From Acaryochloris thomasi RCC1774 (lineage in GTDB: Bacteria; Cyanobacteriota; Cyanobacteriia; Thermosynechococcales; Thermosynechococcaceae), in assembly GCF_003231495.1 (NCBI RefSeq), contig NZ_PQWO01000018.1, forward strand, positions 1 through 32,000: a DNA stretch of 32,000 bases. The letters run 5' to 3'. How positions within the stretch are numbered: the first letter of the stretch is position 1; every line of letters starts with the position of its first letter. Positions 1 to 8,785 of this stretch are shown here, one piece after another. Both the position numbers and the translations under genes were made by a program. The notes beneath the pieces are model-generated. The model searched no databases and was not told the DNA's origin. It saw only the letters and a program-made list of their open reading frames with translations.

Positions 1-329
1 ACGGCTACTTCGGTCGGTTGATCTTCCAATATGCTTCTTTCAACAACAGCCGCGCACTACACTTCTTCTTGGGTGCATGGCCAGTGATTGGAATCTGGTT
101 CACAGCAATGGGCATCAGCACCATGGCGTTTAACCTGAATGGTTTCAACTTCAACCACTCCATCGTTGATTCAAGCGGCAACGTGATCAACACTTGGGCC
201 GATGTTCTGAACAGAGCTAACCTTGGTTTTGAAGTCATGCACGAGCGCAATGCTCACAACTTCCCTCTGGACCTAGCTTCCATGGAATCTACAACTGTTG
301 CTCTGACTGCTCCAGTCATCAACGGCTAA
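1..329 (+). CDS. psbA: Photosystem II D1 protein (PsbA), 3' partial; the 5' end lies upstream of the window
   Basis: The frame starting at nt 3 reads [53 protein letters not shown]...[17 protein letters not shown] 16-aa C-terminal extension ([16 protein letters not shown]) follows, then TAA at 327-329. This is the highly conserved D1 C-terminus. Confidence 0.97.
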   Translation, partial: GYFGRLIFQYASFNNSRALHFFLGAWPVIGIWFTAMGISTMAFNLNGFNFNHSIVDSSGNVINTWADVLNRANLGFEVMHERNAHNFPLDLASMESTTVALTAPVING

Positions 330-387
330 TCACGACCTTCTAATGGGACAACTTTAGTTCTCTCGACAATTAGATAAGTGATTAATG

Positions 388-421
388 AAATCCCGCCCTC
401 AATTGAGGGCGGGATTTTTCC
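388..421 (+). terminator. Rho-independent terminator of psbA
   Basis: Perfect hairpin AAATCCCGCCCTC / AATT loop / GAGGGCGGGATTT followed by a T-run, about 60 nt after the psbA stop. Confidence 0.8.
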
Positions 422-891
422 GTTGATTATAAATCCCCACGCTTTAGTCGGAGTCCGATATGGCTTCCACTCCGAAAGAAGGCTGGCGAGTTGGTGAATA
501 AGGCAGTGAGTTACAGGCTCAAGGCCGAGCGCGAAGCTTGTAAAGTTCCGTGGATCTACTCAGGGGGAGTGCTAAAGCAGAGGTTAAGCTAATAAAAACC
601 CCTAGCGGTGAGGCCAGGGGAGATCTAGTTATTTGGGGAACGCTGGGATTTAGTCTGACTCAATCGCATCTTTGAGATGGAAGCTCTAGAAAGCGCTTGA
701 GTTGTCCTTAAATCTGCGTTACATCATCAGTGTTCCCACTTTGATCTCCGATCTAACAGATTGGAGAAATTTTTTTGCTGGAGACTGTGACGATAGCGGA
801 GCGTGAAGAGTGGCAAGCTATTCCAATAATCTGCTTCCTTAAGACCTTAGCTTGGGCTTTCGTTCGTTTCTTGCTTTGCGATCGCAACAGG

Positions 892-975
892 TATAGCAGT
901 ACCCGGCTGAGTTAAAACAGTTCTTCTTTGGCATAGATGAGTTTGAGCCAGTTTTGTGTCCTAATCAGTACTTGT
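892..975 (+). repeat. Copy B of an ~80-nt intergenic repeat; its partner is at 31325-31408 in inverted orientation
   Basis: Hand alignment to the reverse complement of 31325-31408 gives roughly 80% identity with one 1-nt indel. Two blocks are near-perfect: TATAGCAGTnCCCGGCTGA (18/19) and TGTCCTAATCAGTAC (15/15). Confidence 0.6.
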
Positions 976-1086
976 ACCGCGACAAGCCCAAGTTTGCCGA
1001 AGTCAACGAGCACTATTCTTGTCTCCATCGTCTGTCCCCGAGGAGAGCGGAGAGTCTGTGAGCCTTAGGCTCGTTTGTCTCAATAC

Positions 1087-1341
1087 CTAAGCCGACCCCA
1101 GCACTTTTGCTCGAGAATTGCTAATCGTTTGGGGTTGAAACGATGAAAGAATCACGGTCCCTGAAGTATCAATGACAACCGCACGGACGCGTCGTCCGCG
1201 AGTGAAATCATGCAGTCGCCCATTCTCTTTCGCCGCAGCGATCAGCCGTTTAACCGGCATCGACTCAGGACTGATAATCGCGATGATCGAATTACCGCGA
1301 ATCATCTTGTTGAATCCCAGATTAAATAACGAATTCCCCAT
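1087..1341 (-). CDS. remA: RemA/DUF370-family regulatory protein
   Basis: The 84-aa product LFNLGFNKMIRGNSIIAIISPESMPVKRLIAAAKENGRLHDFTRGRRVRAVVIDTSGTVILSSFQPQTI aligns along its length with B. subtilis RemA ([63 protein letters not shown]). Confidence 0.85.
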   Translation of the reverse strand: MGNSLFNLGFNKMIRGNSIIAIISPESMPVKRLIAAAKENGRLHDFTRGRRVRAVVIDTSGTVILSSFQPQTISNSRAKVLGSA

Positions 1342-1514
1342 AACCCCTGTCTCACAGGCCCAATAGGCCCCTAAACAACCCCACCACTAATTCTTTTAAC
1401 AAATAAAAACCGCATCTCTCTCAGTGAGATTACCGAGAGATAGATTAAGCTTGATGAAGATAAAAAACAGTGAAGCGCATATACGGAGTAAGGCGCAGGA
1501 TAATGCCCATCAAC

Positions 1515-2168
1515 CTATGAAACGTGGCGATAGGGTCGGTGTGTGTAGTACTTTGGGCACGAATCAAGGCGAATATGTAGCCAAGAGACGCCTAATCCTG
1601 AAGTGCTGATCCAGAGAGGCTCGCCGTCGATTGTCTCTAGGTGGTACGAAATTGCTTCACTCAGGCTTTGCCATAAAATGTCTGTGCGTAGATGAGGGGC
1701 ATTACGAACAAAAATTGCCAGGTGTGCGTGGGTAGAGAGTGGTTCTGCAGGGCAGGGAGCCATCAGTAAAGCATCACCCCCAAGATTGGAAAAAAGACAG
1801 ATCTCTGTCCCAGCTTCCTGGCGCTCGAACTGCTGAGAAAAAGGGCGTGGATTCGCCACCATGCCGGTTAATGCAGGGGCGTTCACGATCACGCATTCCC
1901 ATGCCTTCAGTCGTGTGCTTTTGGTAATTGGGGGTGTTTCCCAAAAAAAGGCAGCGTAGGGAGACTGAACGAACACGTTCGTCGTCAAATCACGGAAATC
2001 TGAGTCATTTTGCCAAAAATCAATCACCTGTTGCCAAGTGAGGCGCAGATTGGGTTTGCTGTGAGCAGCAAACTGTAGCCGTAGTGTTTGACCCCGATCT
2101 AAGCGTTGGCTGTAGGCGACAAAACGACCCTCGGGAGACTGAAGAAAAAGCTCATGCTGCAGTGACAT
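1515..2168 (-). CDS. Conserved hypothetical protein of unknown function
   Basis: The long ORF in the track runs 1515-2261. The N-terminal 31 codons are Arg/Ser-rich and look non-native, and an ATG at 2168 (MSLQHELFLQ...) is the more likely start. I recognise no catalytic motif. Confidence 0.55.
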   Translation of the reverse strand: MSLQHELFLQSPEGRFVAYSQRLDRGQTLRLQFAAHSKPNLRLTWQQVIDFWQNDSDFRDLTTNVFVQSPYAAFFWETPPITKSTRLKAWECVIVNAPALTGMVANPRPFSQQFERQEAGTEICLFSNLGGDALLMAPCPAEPLSTHAHLAIFVRNAPHLRTDILWQSLSEAISYHLETIDGEPLWISTSGLGVSWLHIRLDSCPKYYTHRPYRHVS

Positions 2169-2331
2169 TCCGTTAATAGTTCCGAAGAACGATCGTGATG
2201 TTCCAAAGCTATCAGCTTTTCTTCTCCGAGCGTGAACTTCGAGACTGCCCCTTCTCAGCATCGAGGTTGTGAGGTTTAAGGGATGCAGGCCCGTGTTTTA
2301 ATGGGCGGTTGCCTCAAACCTTTCCGCGAAT

Positions 2332-3180
2332 CTACTGCTTATTAAGTCCCCAATCGTAGTCAAGGTACTTAACCTCATAGTCGCCTTGTTCTAGATATGC
2401 TTTATCTTCTGGGCTGACATAATTACTAACGAAGTTGAGTACAGCTCGTTCCTTGTCACTGCCGCTAAACTTGCCTTCAACAGCGTAGCTGGCCTTCCAG
2501 TCGTCACCGTACCAATCAAAAATCTTAGATAAAAAGACTTGCTTCTGCTCGCGATCAATCTTGAAACCCGTGTCAGGACGGGCTATCCAAATGTTTGTTT
2601 GATCTTCAAGTTGCGCCTCTACCTCTTCGCTGGTGTAGGGTTCATTGCGAAGGATGGGACAACTCATTGCGGCACAGACAAGGGCCGCATGGATGCGAGG
2701 CTCGTCAAATTCCTTGCGAATGGTGTCGTGCTCAATATTGTCGAGTGTTTTCTTCTCGCCGGCAATATCATATTTGGTAATGTCCCAAACACCTGTAATA
2801 TTTCGGATGCTGCCTTTAAGGGGTTCCTGATCAATAATGGCCTGCAGCGTAAACGAGTTATAGGCATTCATCAAAAAGGCTAGTTTCTCAGGTTCACTCC
2901 AGCCGCCATATATGTCAGCGGGGACAGCAGCCAGCGTGGCATTGAACCGATCTAAGGCTTCCCGGTCCTGCTGCAGAGCTTCGTAGTCAACTAAGCCTTC
3001 GTCATCAACATGGGCCGTCAGAACTGTCGCATAATCTTCATAGGAAAAAGGCTTCCCTTCCTTGATGTTGCTGACAATCTGTGAAGAGGCGGGCTGCTGC
3101 AGTTGATTTTCCAACACAGGCACAGTGCAGCCCATTAGGAATAGGCTGGGCAAAAGGATAAGGGATAAACGCCGTTTCAT
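2332..3180 (-). CDS. DUF547 domain lipoprotein
   Basis: The N-terminus has a signal peptide with a lipobox (LFLMGC). DUF547 hallmarks are present: AFLMNAYNSFTLQAII and IHAALVCAAMSCPILRNEPYT. Confidence 0.85.
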   Translation of the reverse strand: MKRRLSLILLPSLFLMGCTVPVLENQLQQPASSQIVSNIKEGKPFSYEDYATVLTAHVDDEGLVDYEALQQDREALDRFNATLAAVPADIYGGWSEPEKLAFLMNAYNSFTLQAIIDQEPLKGSIRNITGVWDITKYDIAGEKKTLDNIEHDTIRKEFDEPRIHAALVCAAMSCPILRNEPYTSEEVEAQLEDQTNIWIARPDTGFKIDREQKQVFLSKIFDWYGDDWKASYAVEGKFSGSDKERAVLNFVSNYVSPEDKAYLEQGDYEVKYLDYDWGLNKQ

Positions 3181-3268
3181 AATCTGTTTTCCGAAGCAGT
3201 TGAAGAATACCTACTCACCATAGAACTAGATGTACCTGAGTTTTTAGTGAAAGAATACTGGGCTGTGG

Positions 3269-5335
3269 TTAAACCTTTTGTGGATGAGTCGAACCTATTG
3301 CGGGCATTTCTGTCTCAAATGATTGCTGTTTAAGGGTCCATAGCCAGCCTAGTACGTAGGGCAGCCAAAGTACGGTTCGTTCGCTATTAGAGAGATACCA
3401 GGAGAAATCATCCTGGGTCAAAATACGAAAGGGCAGGACAAAATAGACAAAGACGGACAGACTGACTAGGCGAGTTCCCCAATTGCGACTCATGACTGAG
3501 AAAGGGACTAACCAGGTAAAATACCAGGCATGAATAATGGGCGAAAGAATCAGTAATAGCCCCAAAAATGCTTCCGTAAATTGACCCAGGGTACGGGATT
3601 TTAAGATCAGCCACAGTCCTACACCGCCTAGAGGGATGAGATAGGTCCAGTTATTCCAGCGGAGGACATCAATATTCCCGAGAAGGTGGGGGATCAGTTC
3701 GGCGCTGCGACCGTGGGTGACGAAGGTAGAGCTGGTGGGCACAAGGGGGCAGGAACCTTCAAGGCAAAAAGGAAGGGCGGTGATTACCATCGGCAAGCAG
3801 ACACACAGGAGTATGACAGGCACCCACTTCAGCCACTTTTGTCGTACCGTTCGCCACACTAAGAAACTCAAAATCGGCAGAGAGATCCACTTGACGGCAA
3901 CGCTGATGCCGAGCAGGAGGCTGCTGATGGTAATCTGCTTTGGCGTTTTGGGTCGGCTGGGTGAGTCAAGCCAGAGCCAGGCGGCGACGAGGGGGAGCAA
4001 AAACCAGCTATCGTAGTGGCCGCCACCGGCAAAAGAGTACAGAACAATTGGGTTCCAGGCATAGAGTAAGGTTTTTGCGTGGCCGAAGCGATGACTAAGC
4101 AAACCGCAGATTAAGAGGTCGGCGACTACAAAGCCAACTTTAAACAGCAATACGGAGGTAGAAAGGGCTGCTAATCCACGAAATCCCCACTGGGTTAAAG
4201 GGGGATAAATGGCTGAGACATCTAGATGGTTGATCTGAGACCACCAATCGGTTCGATACTCAATCAGGGCTTCGGCATTGGGGGCAAGATGGAAGGGACT
4301 AAACCCTAGGTTTTGAATACGGCCTTCCCAGAGATAGCGCCAGATATCGTCTCCGGGCTGCATGGGCAGCAGCAGCAGGCGAGCTGCAATAGAGACGGCC
4401 CAAAACCAAACCGCGCTGAGACGCTGCACCAGCCAAGAGAGGACAAAGCCCAGTCCTAGAACCGCAGTGCCTAAATAGAAGCGATTAAAGGAGTCTATGG
4501 AAGAAAAGTCGCCGTAGGGAGCAATCAGGGCGCAGCCTGCCATGAGCAAGAGGGTGCTCAGCCACAGCCAATGCACTTTTTGAGGAACGGGGTCCGATTG
4601 CTGAAGGGGCAGAACGCGCCAGCGACGGCTGTAAAGCTGGCCGAGGGTACTGAGAATTACAATTCCGGCTTGGATGCTGCCGGACAGGGTGCCAGAGATT
4701 TTTGAACGTCCGCCCAAACGACGGCGATACCCAACGGGCAGTTCGCTGATCCGTAAGCCGCACTCAACGGCGCGGACCTGCATCTCAACGGTCCAACCGA
4801 AGCCGCGATCTTGCATTTGGATTGTGTCTAGCGCTGAGCGCCGAATCAGGCGTAAGGGGCCAAGGTCGTGATATCGATGCTTCCAGCCGAGGGCGATCAG
4901 ACGGGTGGCGAGCTGGTTGCCAAAGCCTTGGGTTGCTGTCATGGCCGCTCGTCCGGTGGGAGTGGCGCGGCGATTGCCCAAAATTAGGTCATACTGCTCT
5001 CGCTGGTCGAGAAATTTGGATAGTTTACTGAGATCATCACTGCCATCACCGTCACAGAAAAAAATCCAGTCGATGTGATGGGGAAGATTTTGTAGTCCTT
5101 GCCAGCAGGCTTGCCCGTAGCCAGGAGTGGGCTCTCGCACGACTTCGGCCCCGGTCTGGGTTGCGATCGCAACGCTCTGATCGGTACTGCCGTTATCTAC
5201 CACGCGCAGGTTGTAGAGACCGTGGGACTGCAGATCGTGGATCACCCCTTTGATGGTGGCTTCTTCATTTAGAACTGGAATAATGACCAGAATATTATTG
5301 AGATTGTTCTGATCCGAGGACATAGCTGAAGTCAT
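3269..5335 (-). CDS. Fusion glycosyltransferase: N-terminal GT2 (polyprenyl-phosphate sugar synthase-like) plus C-terminal multi-pass GT-C/DUF2029-like membrane domain
   Basis: GT2 motifs: ILVIIPVLNEEATI, VVDNGSTDQS, FFCDGDGSDD. Ten or more hydrophobic helices follow, with the loop motif PGDDIWRYLWEGR..GFSPF typical of polyprenol-phosphate-dependent GT-C (GT87/DUF2029-like) enzymes. The track ORF extends to 5509, but ATG at 5335 (MTSAMSSDQNN) precedes the GT2 domain. Confidence 0.8.
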   Translation of the reverse strand: MTSAMSSDQNNLNNILVIIPVLNEEATIKGVIHDLQSHGLYNLRVVDNGSTDQSVAIATQTGAEVVREPTPGYGQACWQGLQNLPHHIDWIFFCDGDGSDDLSKLSKFLDQREQYDLILGNRRATPTGRAAMTATQGFGNQLATRLIALGWKHRYHDLGPLRLIRRSALDTIQMQDRGFGWTVEMQVRAVECGLRISELPVGYRRRLGGRSKISGTLSGSIQAGIVILSTLGQLYSRRWRVLPLQQSDPVPQKVHWLWLSTLLLMAGCALIAPYGDFSSIDSFNRFYLGTAVLGLGFVLSWLVQRLSAVWFWAVSIAARLLLLPMQPGDDIWRYLWEGRIQNLGFSPFHLAPNAEALIEYRTDWWSQINHLDVSAIYPPLTQWGFRGLAALSTSVLLFKVGFVVADLLICGLLSHRFGHAKTLLYAWNPIVLYSFAGGGHYDSWFLLPLVAAWLWLDSPSRPKTPKQITISSLLLGISVAVKWISLPILSFLVWRTVRQKWLKWVPVILLCVCLPMVITALPFCLEGSCPLVPTSSTFVTHGRSAELIPHLLGNIDVLRWNNWTYLIPLGGVGLWLILKSRTLGQFTEAFLGLLLILSPIIHAWYFTWLVPFSVMSRNWGTRLVSLSVFVYFVLPFRILTQDDFSWYLSNSERTVLWLPYVLGWLWTLKQQSFETEMPAIGSTHPQKV

Positions 5336-5663
5336 TTCATTTGTATTTGATAGACTAAACGCCGCAGAGGCGCAGTGTCTTATTTTTTGCTGAGAAACCG
5401 AGCAAATGAAGACTAGATATGAAGAAAATGCTCTCCTGAAGTGCCCTAAATGAGTATGAGATAAGACTTCCCTGTGATTCAAATTACCGCCAACCGCTGA
5501 CTGGATCACTGCATTAGGGTGGGAGATCTAAGAAAGTAGGACTTGAGATTAGTGAGGGCAAAGCGGATATTTGTCTACTCAGATCCACTTTGTTCTTGTC
5601 TCCATTTCAAAACTTGGCTGAGATCGCTTTTGCGGGGGAACGCCAAGCATTCATCTACAGTGA

Positions 5664-6209
5664 TTGGTGAAACCAATGGCACTCCTTAATGACAACCGCC
5701 CAGCTTCCATCACACCTTGCCAACGGGCGTATCAGACGAAAATACAGGCCTATTTATTCAAAGGCAAGCTCACCACTGCCGAGATTATGCTTTTAGAGAT
5801 CGAACGGCGTAGGCTCCAGCTCAGTCCTGCAGAAGCCCGCGATATTGAAGCTGAGGTCAGGCGGTCTACCCGTCAGGCGCAGGCGACACGATTGGGGGTG
5901 CTCAGCCTCTTTATACTGGGGCTTGGGACGATGACTCTGTTACTGCAGACGCCGGTCGCAAGTCGGCAGGCACTTCCTTTGAGGGCGCGATCTGAATCCT
6001 CTGGTGTTGTTCCCGTTGAGACATTCTCGTCTAAGGGACAGGGCGCAGATATTCTAGCGAGAGCTAGACAGATAGCGGAACAAAGAGGAGAGCTGGATGT
6101 TGCGATCGCAACCCTTACCCTAATTCCCACCCACAGCCTGCTCTACCCAGAGGTCCAAATCCAGGCTTTGCAGTGGAAACAACAGCAGGCCCAGAACGAG
6201 GCCTTTTAG
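5664..6209 (+). CDS. Hypothetical single-pass membrane protein
   Basis: 181-aa ORF with TTG at 5664 and the first ATG at 5676. It has one hydrophobic helix (LGVLSLFILGLGTMTLLL). I recognise no family. Confidence 0.45.
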   Translation: MVKPMALLNDNRPASITPCQRAYQTKIQAYLFKGKLTTAEIMLLEIERRRLQLSPAEARDIEAEVRRSTRQAQATRLGVLSLFILGLGTMTLLLQTPVASRQALPLRARSESSGVVPVETFSSKGQGADILARARQIAEQRGELDVAIATLTLIPTHSLLYPEVQIQALQWKQQQAQNEAF

Positions 6210-6240
6210 CGCTTGAAGCAAGCCTATACGGCACAAAAAA

Positions 6241-6582
6241 CTAAGCGAACTCCAAGCTGAGACTGGGCATCAACCGTTTCAGGTTCTTGAGAGATTTTGT
6301 TTGCCACAGTGTCGTTTCAGAGCCTTGAATCTGCAGCTTCACATTTCCCTGCTGCCTCACCTTGATAACGAACATCGTCAACATACTGATTCCAGAACTG
6401 TTCAGGAATTCAAGCCCCTGTAGGTTAAGGGTGAATTGTTCAGCACCCCCCAGGGCCTCAAGCATAAACTCCATGATTGGGTCATATTCTTTCATCCCTG
6501 ACAACCGCAAGATTCCTTGAATGTGAACGGTTGCAGACTCTGCATCACGCCAAATTGTATAGTCATCTGTCTTAATTTCCAC
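6241..6582 (-). CDS. SiaC/DUF1987-like (slr1659-type) STAS-like phospho-acceptor protein
   Basis: 113 aa. The layout matches SiaC-type proteins: V.I.G.L.LSG...EYDPIMEFM, then LEFLNSSGISML at the position of the SiaC LNTSS phosphosite. It lies directly downstream of the kinase-like gene. Confidence 0.65.
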   Translation of the reverse strand: MEIKTDDYTIWRDAESATVHIQGILRLSGMKEYDPIMEFMLEALGGAEQFTLNLQGLEFLNSSGISMLTMFVIKVRQQGNVKLQIQGSETTLWQTKSLKNLKRLMPSLSLEFA

Positions 6583-6630
6583 TGGCCACTCCCAAAAGTC
6601 TGATTTTTTTCACGTCAATTGCTGTCATGC

Positions 6631-7221
6631 TTAAACGCCCAATCGCACCGTTACTTTAACCTGAGTTAGGTTTGGGGACTCGGCCACAGGCTCAAAATAC
6701 CAGCCAAATTTAGCGGAATAGTCTTGGAGCATCGTCAGCATTCCTAAATTGGATTCTCCACTTCCAAGGGCAGACTGCTCTAGCTGCTGCACATAAAGGT
6801 CATCAAGATCTGAATTCAGCAATTTTTGAATGAAACTTTGATACTTTTCGACCCTTGATTGATTGGCATAGTTCACCACCTGAAAGATAATTTCTTGCTC
6901 ATATAGAAATAGCGTGATGTGAATCGCTCGGTCCGTCTCGATATCACTATATTTAACAGCATTCTCAAGTAGTTCATTCGCGATGTAGCTGATAGAGGCT
7001 TTGATTGTTTCTCGGCGACTAATCGGTTGCTCTGCATTTTCATCGCCTGGGAAAAAAGTTGAGAAATAGTCACCCAAGAAATCTGCAGATAAGCCATAGT
7101 TTCTCCAACGCTCCTGCCGGGGAATTGCGGTTGGAGAGAAATGTAGGGTCAGATACTCTTCAGAGCGAGGAATATTCTCGGAAGTAATACCAAACTGTTG
7201 AGGAATAGAAACCTGAGACAT
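6631..7221 (-). CDS. SiaB/slr1658-like GHKL-fold serine kinase (anti-sigma-factor-type)
   Basis: 196 aa with an N-box-like ANELLENAVKY and a G-box-like GSGESNLGMLTM. Its size and its position next to the STAS-like gene match RsbW/SiaB-type partner-switching kinases. Confidence 0.65.
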   Translation of the reverse strand: MSQVSIPQQFGITSENIPRSEEYLTLHFSPTAIPRQERWRNYGLSADFLGDYFSTFFPGDENAEQPISRRETIKASISYIANELLENAVKYSDIETDRAIHITLFLYEQEIIFQVVNYANQSRVEKYQSFIQKLLNSDLDDLYVQQLEQSALGSGESNLGMLTMLQDYSAKFGWYFEPVAESPNLTQVKVTVRLGV

Positions 7222-7272
7222 AAATCACCTTCTAAAATACTCTAGGTCAAACGTTTGGGACAGAAAATACTT

Positions 7273-8127
7273 TTACTTCGAATTGATCGCTGCAAATCGA
7301 TTGCGACCACCCTCCTTCGCCTGATAGAGCTGTTGATCTGCTTGCTCTAGATGATCTATCCATAATTGACTCGGCAAGGGCACCGTACAGGCCACCCCTA
7401 AACTGAGAGTGACAACAGCACTGTTCTGTGAACGAGCATGGGGAATTTGGAGTTTTTCAATGGAAGCTCGCATTCGCTCAGCGACCTCGACCGCACCCTG
7501 AAGATCGGTTTGAGGTAGAATAACCCCAAATTCTTCCCCTCCGTAGCGGGCCACTAAATCAATGGGGCGCAAAGCCGATTTCCTAAGGGTCAGAGCAATT
7601 TGCTTAAGGCAGGCGTCTCCTGCCAGATGGCCGTAGAGATCGTTGTACTGCTTAAAGTAGTCGATGTCGCCTAAAATCACCGCGATAGGTGCTTTTTCCC
7701 TAGCCATCTGCTTCCATTGCTGAGTCAAATGCTCATCAAAGCGGCGACGATTCGCGATTTGGGTCAAGCTATCTAGACTTGCTAAACTGATTGCCTCGTC
7801 CAGCTTGGCTTCCCACTGCTCATCCACTGCATCCCCGTGATCTACTAGAGTTCGCAGGGTTGTTTCTAAGTCATCTTTCTCCTGCGATAGTATCTCTAGC
7901 AGCTTGGCCAGTTGAGCTGCAGTGCGCTGTTGCTCTGCAGACTTAGCCTTGAGCTGTATGTTGACAGCATGGATTTGAGCTTCAATGAGATCGCCATGCT
8001 CAGCCGTGGTCGATAATGCAATCTGCAAATCTGTATTCTCTTGCCTAAGCTGCTCAACTTCTCGCTGCAATGCAGTCAGTTGTATCGCTTGCTGGTCTTG
8101 TTTAATCTCAGCAGAGTCTATCAACAA
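7273..8127 (-). CDS. Diguanylate cyclase with an N-terminal coiled-coil stalk (SiaD-like)
   Basis: The GGDEF domain has an intact GGEEF (nt 7528-7542) and an I-site RPID five residues upstream. About 110 aa of heptad-rich sequence precede it. The start is TTG, and there is no in-frame ATG near the 5' end. Confidence 0.9.
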   Translation of the reverse strand: MLIDSAEIKQDQQAIQLTALQREVEQLRQENTDLQIALSTTAEHGDLIEAQIHAVNIQLKAKSAEQQRTAAQLAKLLEILSQEKDDLETTLRTLVDHGDAVDEQWEAKLDEAISLASLDSLTQIANRRRFDEHLTQQWKQMAREKAPIAVILGDIDYFKQYNDLYGHLAGDACLKQIALTLRKSALRPIDLVARYGGEEFGVILPQTDLQGAVEVAERMRASIEKLQIPHARSQNSAVVTLSLGVACTVPLPSQLWIDHLEQADQQLYQAKEGGRNRFAAINSK

Positions 8128-8469
8128 CCCAATCCCCCCCGTCTTATACCAATTTCCTGTAGATGTGAACTGCTTTATTTTTGAGATTGCTCATTCTGCA
8201 AGGATCCTGAGCTTATATCTAGGTCATTCCGCTGGGTAATTGGTATCAGCGATCTTTTGGCTAAACTTTTCACCCTGAAGCGCCTTACCGAGATTAGGGT
8301 ACCCTTTCCAATATGGGAACTAACAACCGTTATTTAAATAATGCTTAAATGATGTTGAGCTACATCAAAAAGCTGAGGCTGTTCAGCAATATTGGCAACA
8401 TAATCACTCTCCAGGGCTATTTCATTCCAAAAAGACCGATGATGTGCAAGTCATCTTTGTTCGCTATTT

Positions 8470-8760
8470 ATGTCTTCACTCGCCATCATAGATGCCTTTT
8501 CAGCTCTGCCCGATGTCCGTCGCACCGCAGGTCTTCGCCATCAAAAAGCATTCTGTTTAGCCTTATTCACTCTTTCTATTGCAGCCGGTAATCGAGGCTT
8601 CCTTTCCATTGGCGATTGGCTCAAATCCTATCATGATGCTTTATTGGAGTTGTTCAATCCCCCCAAGCATCGCTTGCCGTCCTACAGCACCATTCGTCGA
8701 GTGCTGTTGGGCACCGATGAATCGCACTTCGCTCAATCCCTAACCCGTTTCTTTGAAATA
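8470..8760 (+). pseudogene. Truncated ISAs1-family transposase; only the N-terminal DDE_Tnp_1-associated domain remains
   Basis: The reading IIDAFSALPDVRRTAGLRHQKAFCLALFTLSIAAGNRGFLSIGDWLKSYHDALLELFNPPKHRLPSYSTIRRVLLGTDESHFAQSLTRFF matches the N-terminal ~95 aa of ISAs1/H-repeat transposases. The DDE catalytic part is absent, and the reading frame runs into the 3' end of the PP2C gene. Confidence 0.7.
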
Positions 8761-8785
8761 GCCCTGATCACTCTCAACGCCGCGA

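Noticed and set aside
422-720. RNase P RNA, tmRNA, SRP RNA, a tRNA or a group II intron in the psbA-downstream gap.
   Set aside because: None of the universal core sequences I remember is present: GAGGAAAGUCCGGGCUC for RNase P, GGGGCUG...CCACCA ends for tmRNA, T-loop GGTTCGAATCC types for tRNA, and the domain V consensus for group II introns.
1172-1366. 64-aa plus-strand ORF overlapping the remA-like gene.
   Set aside because: It is antisense to a gene with strong RemA similarity and is an Arg-rich shadow ORF.
8349-8591. 80-aa plus-strand ORF overlapping the IS remnant.
   Set aside because: It is in a different frame from the transposase-like reading 8470-8760, which has the recognisable homology. 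Its composition is Ser/Cys/Arg-rich and looks spurious.
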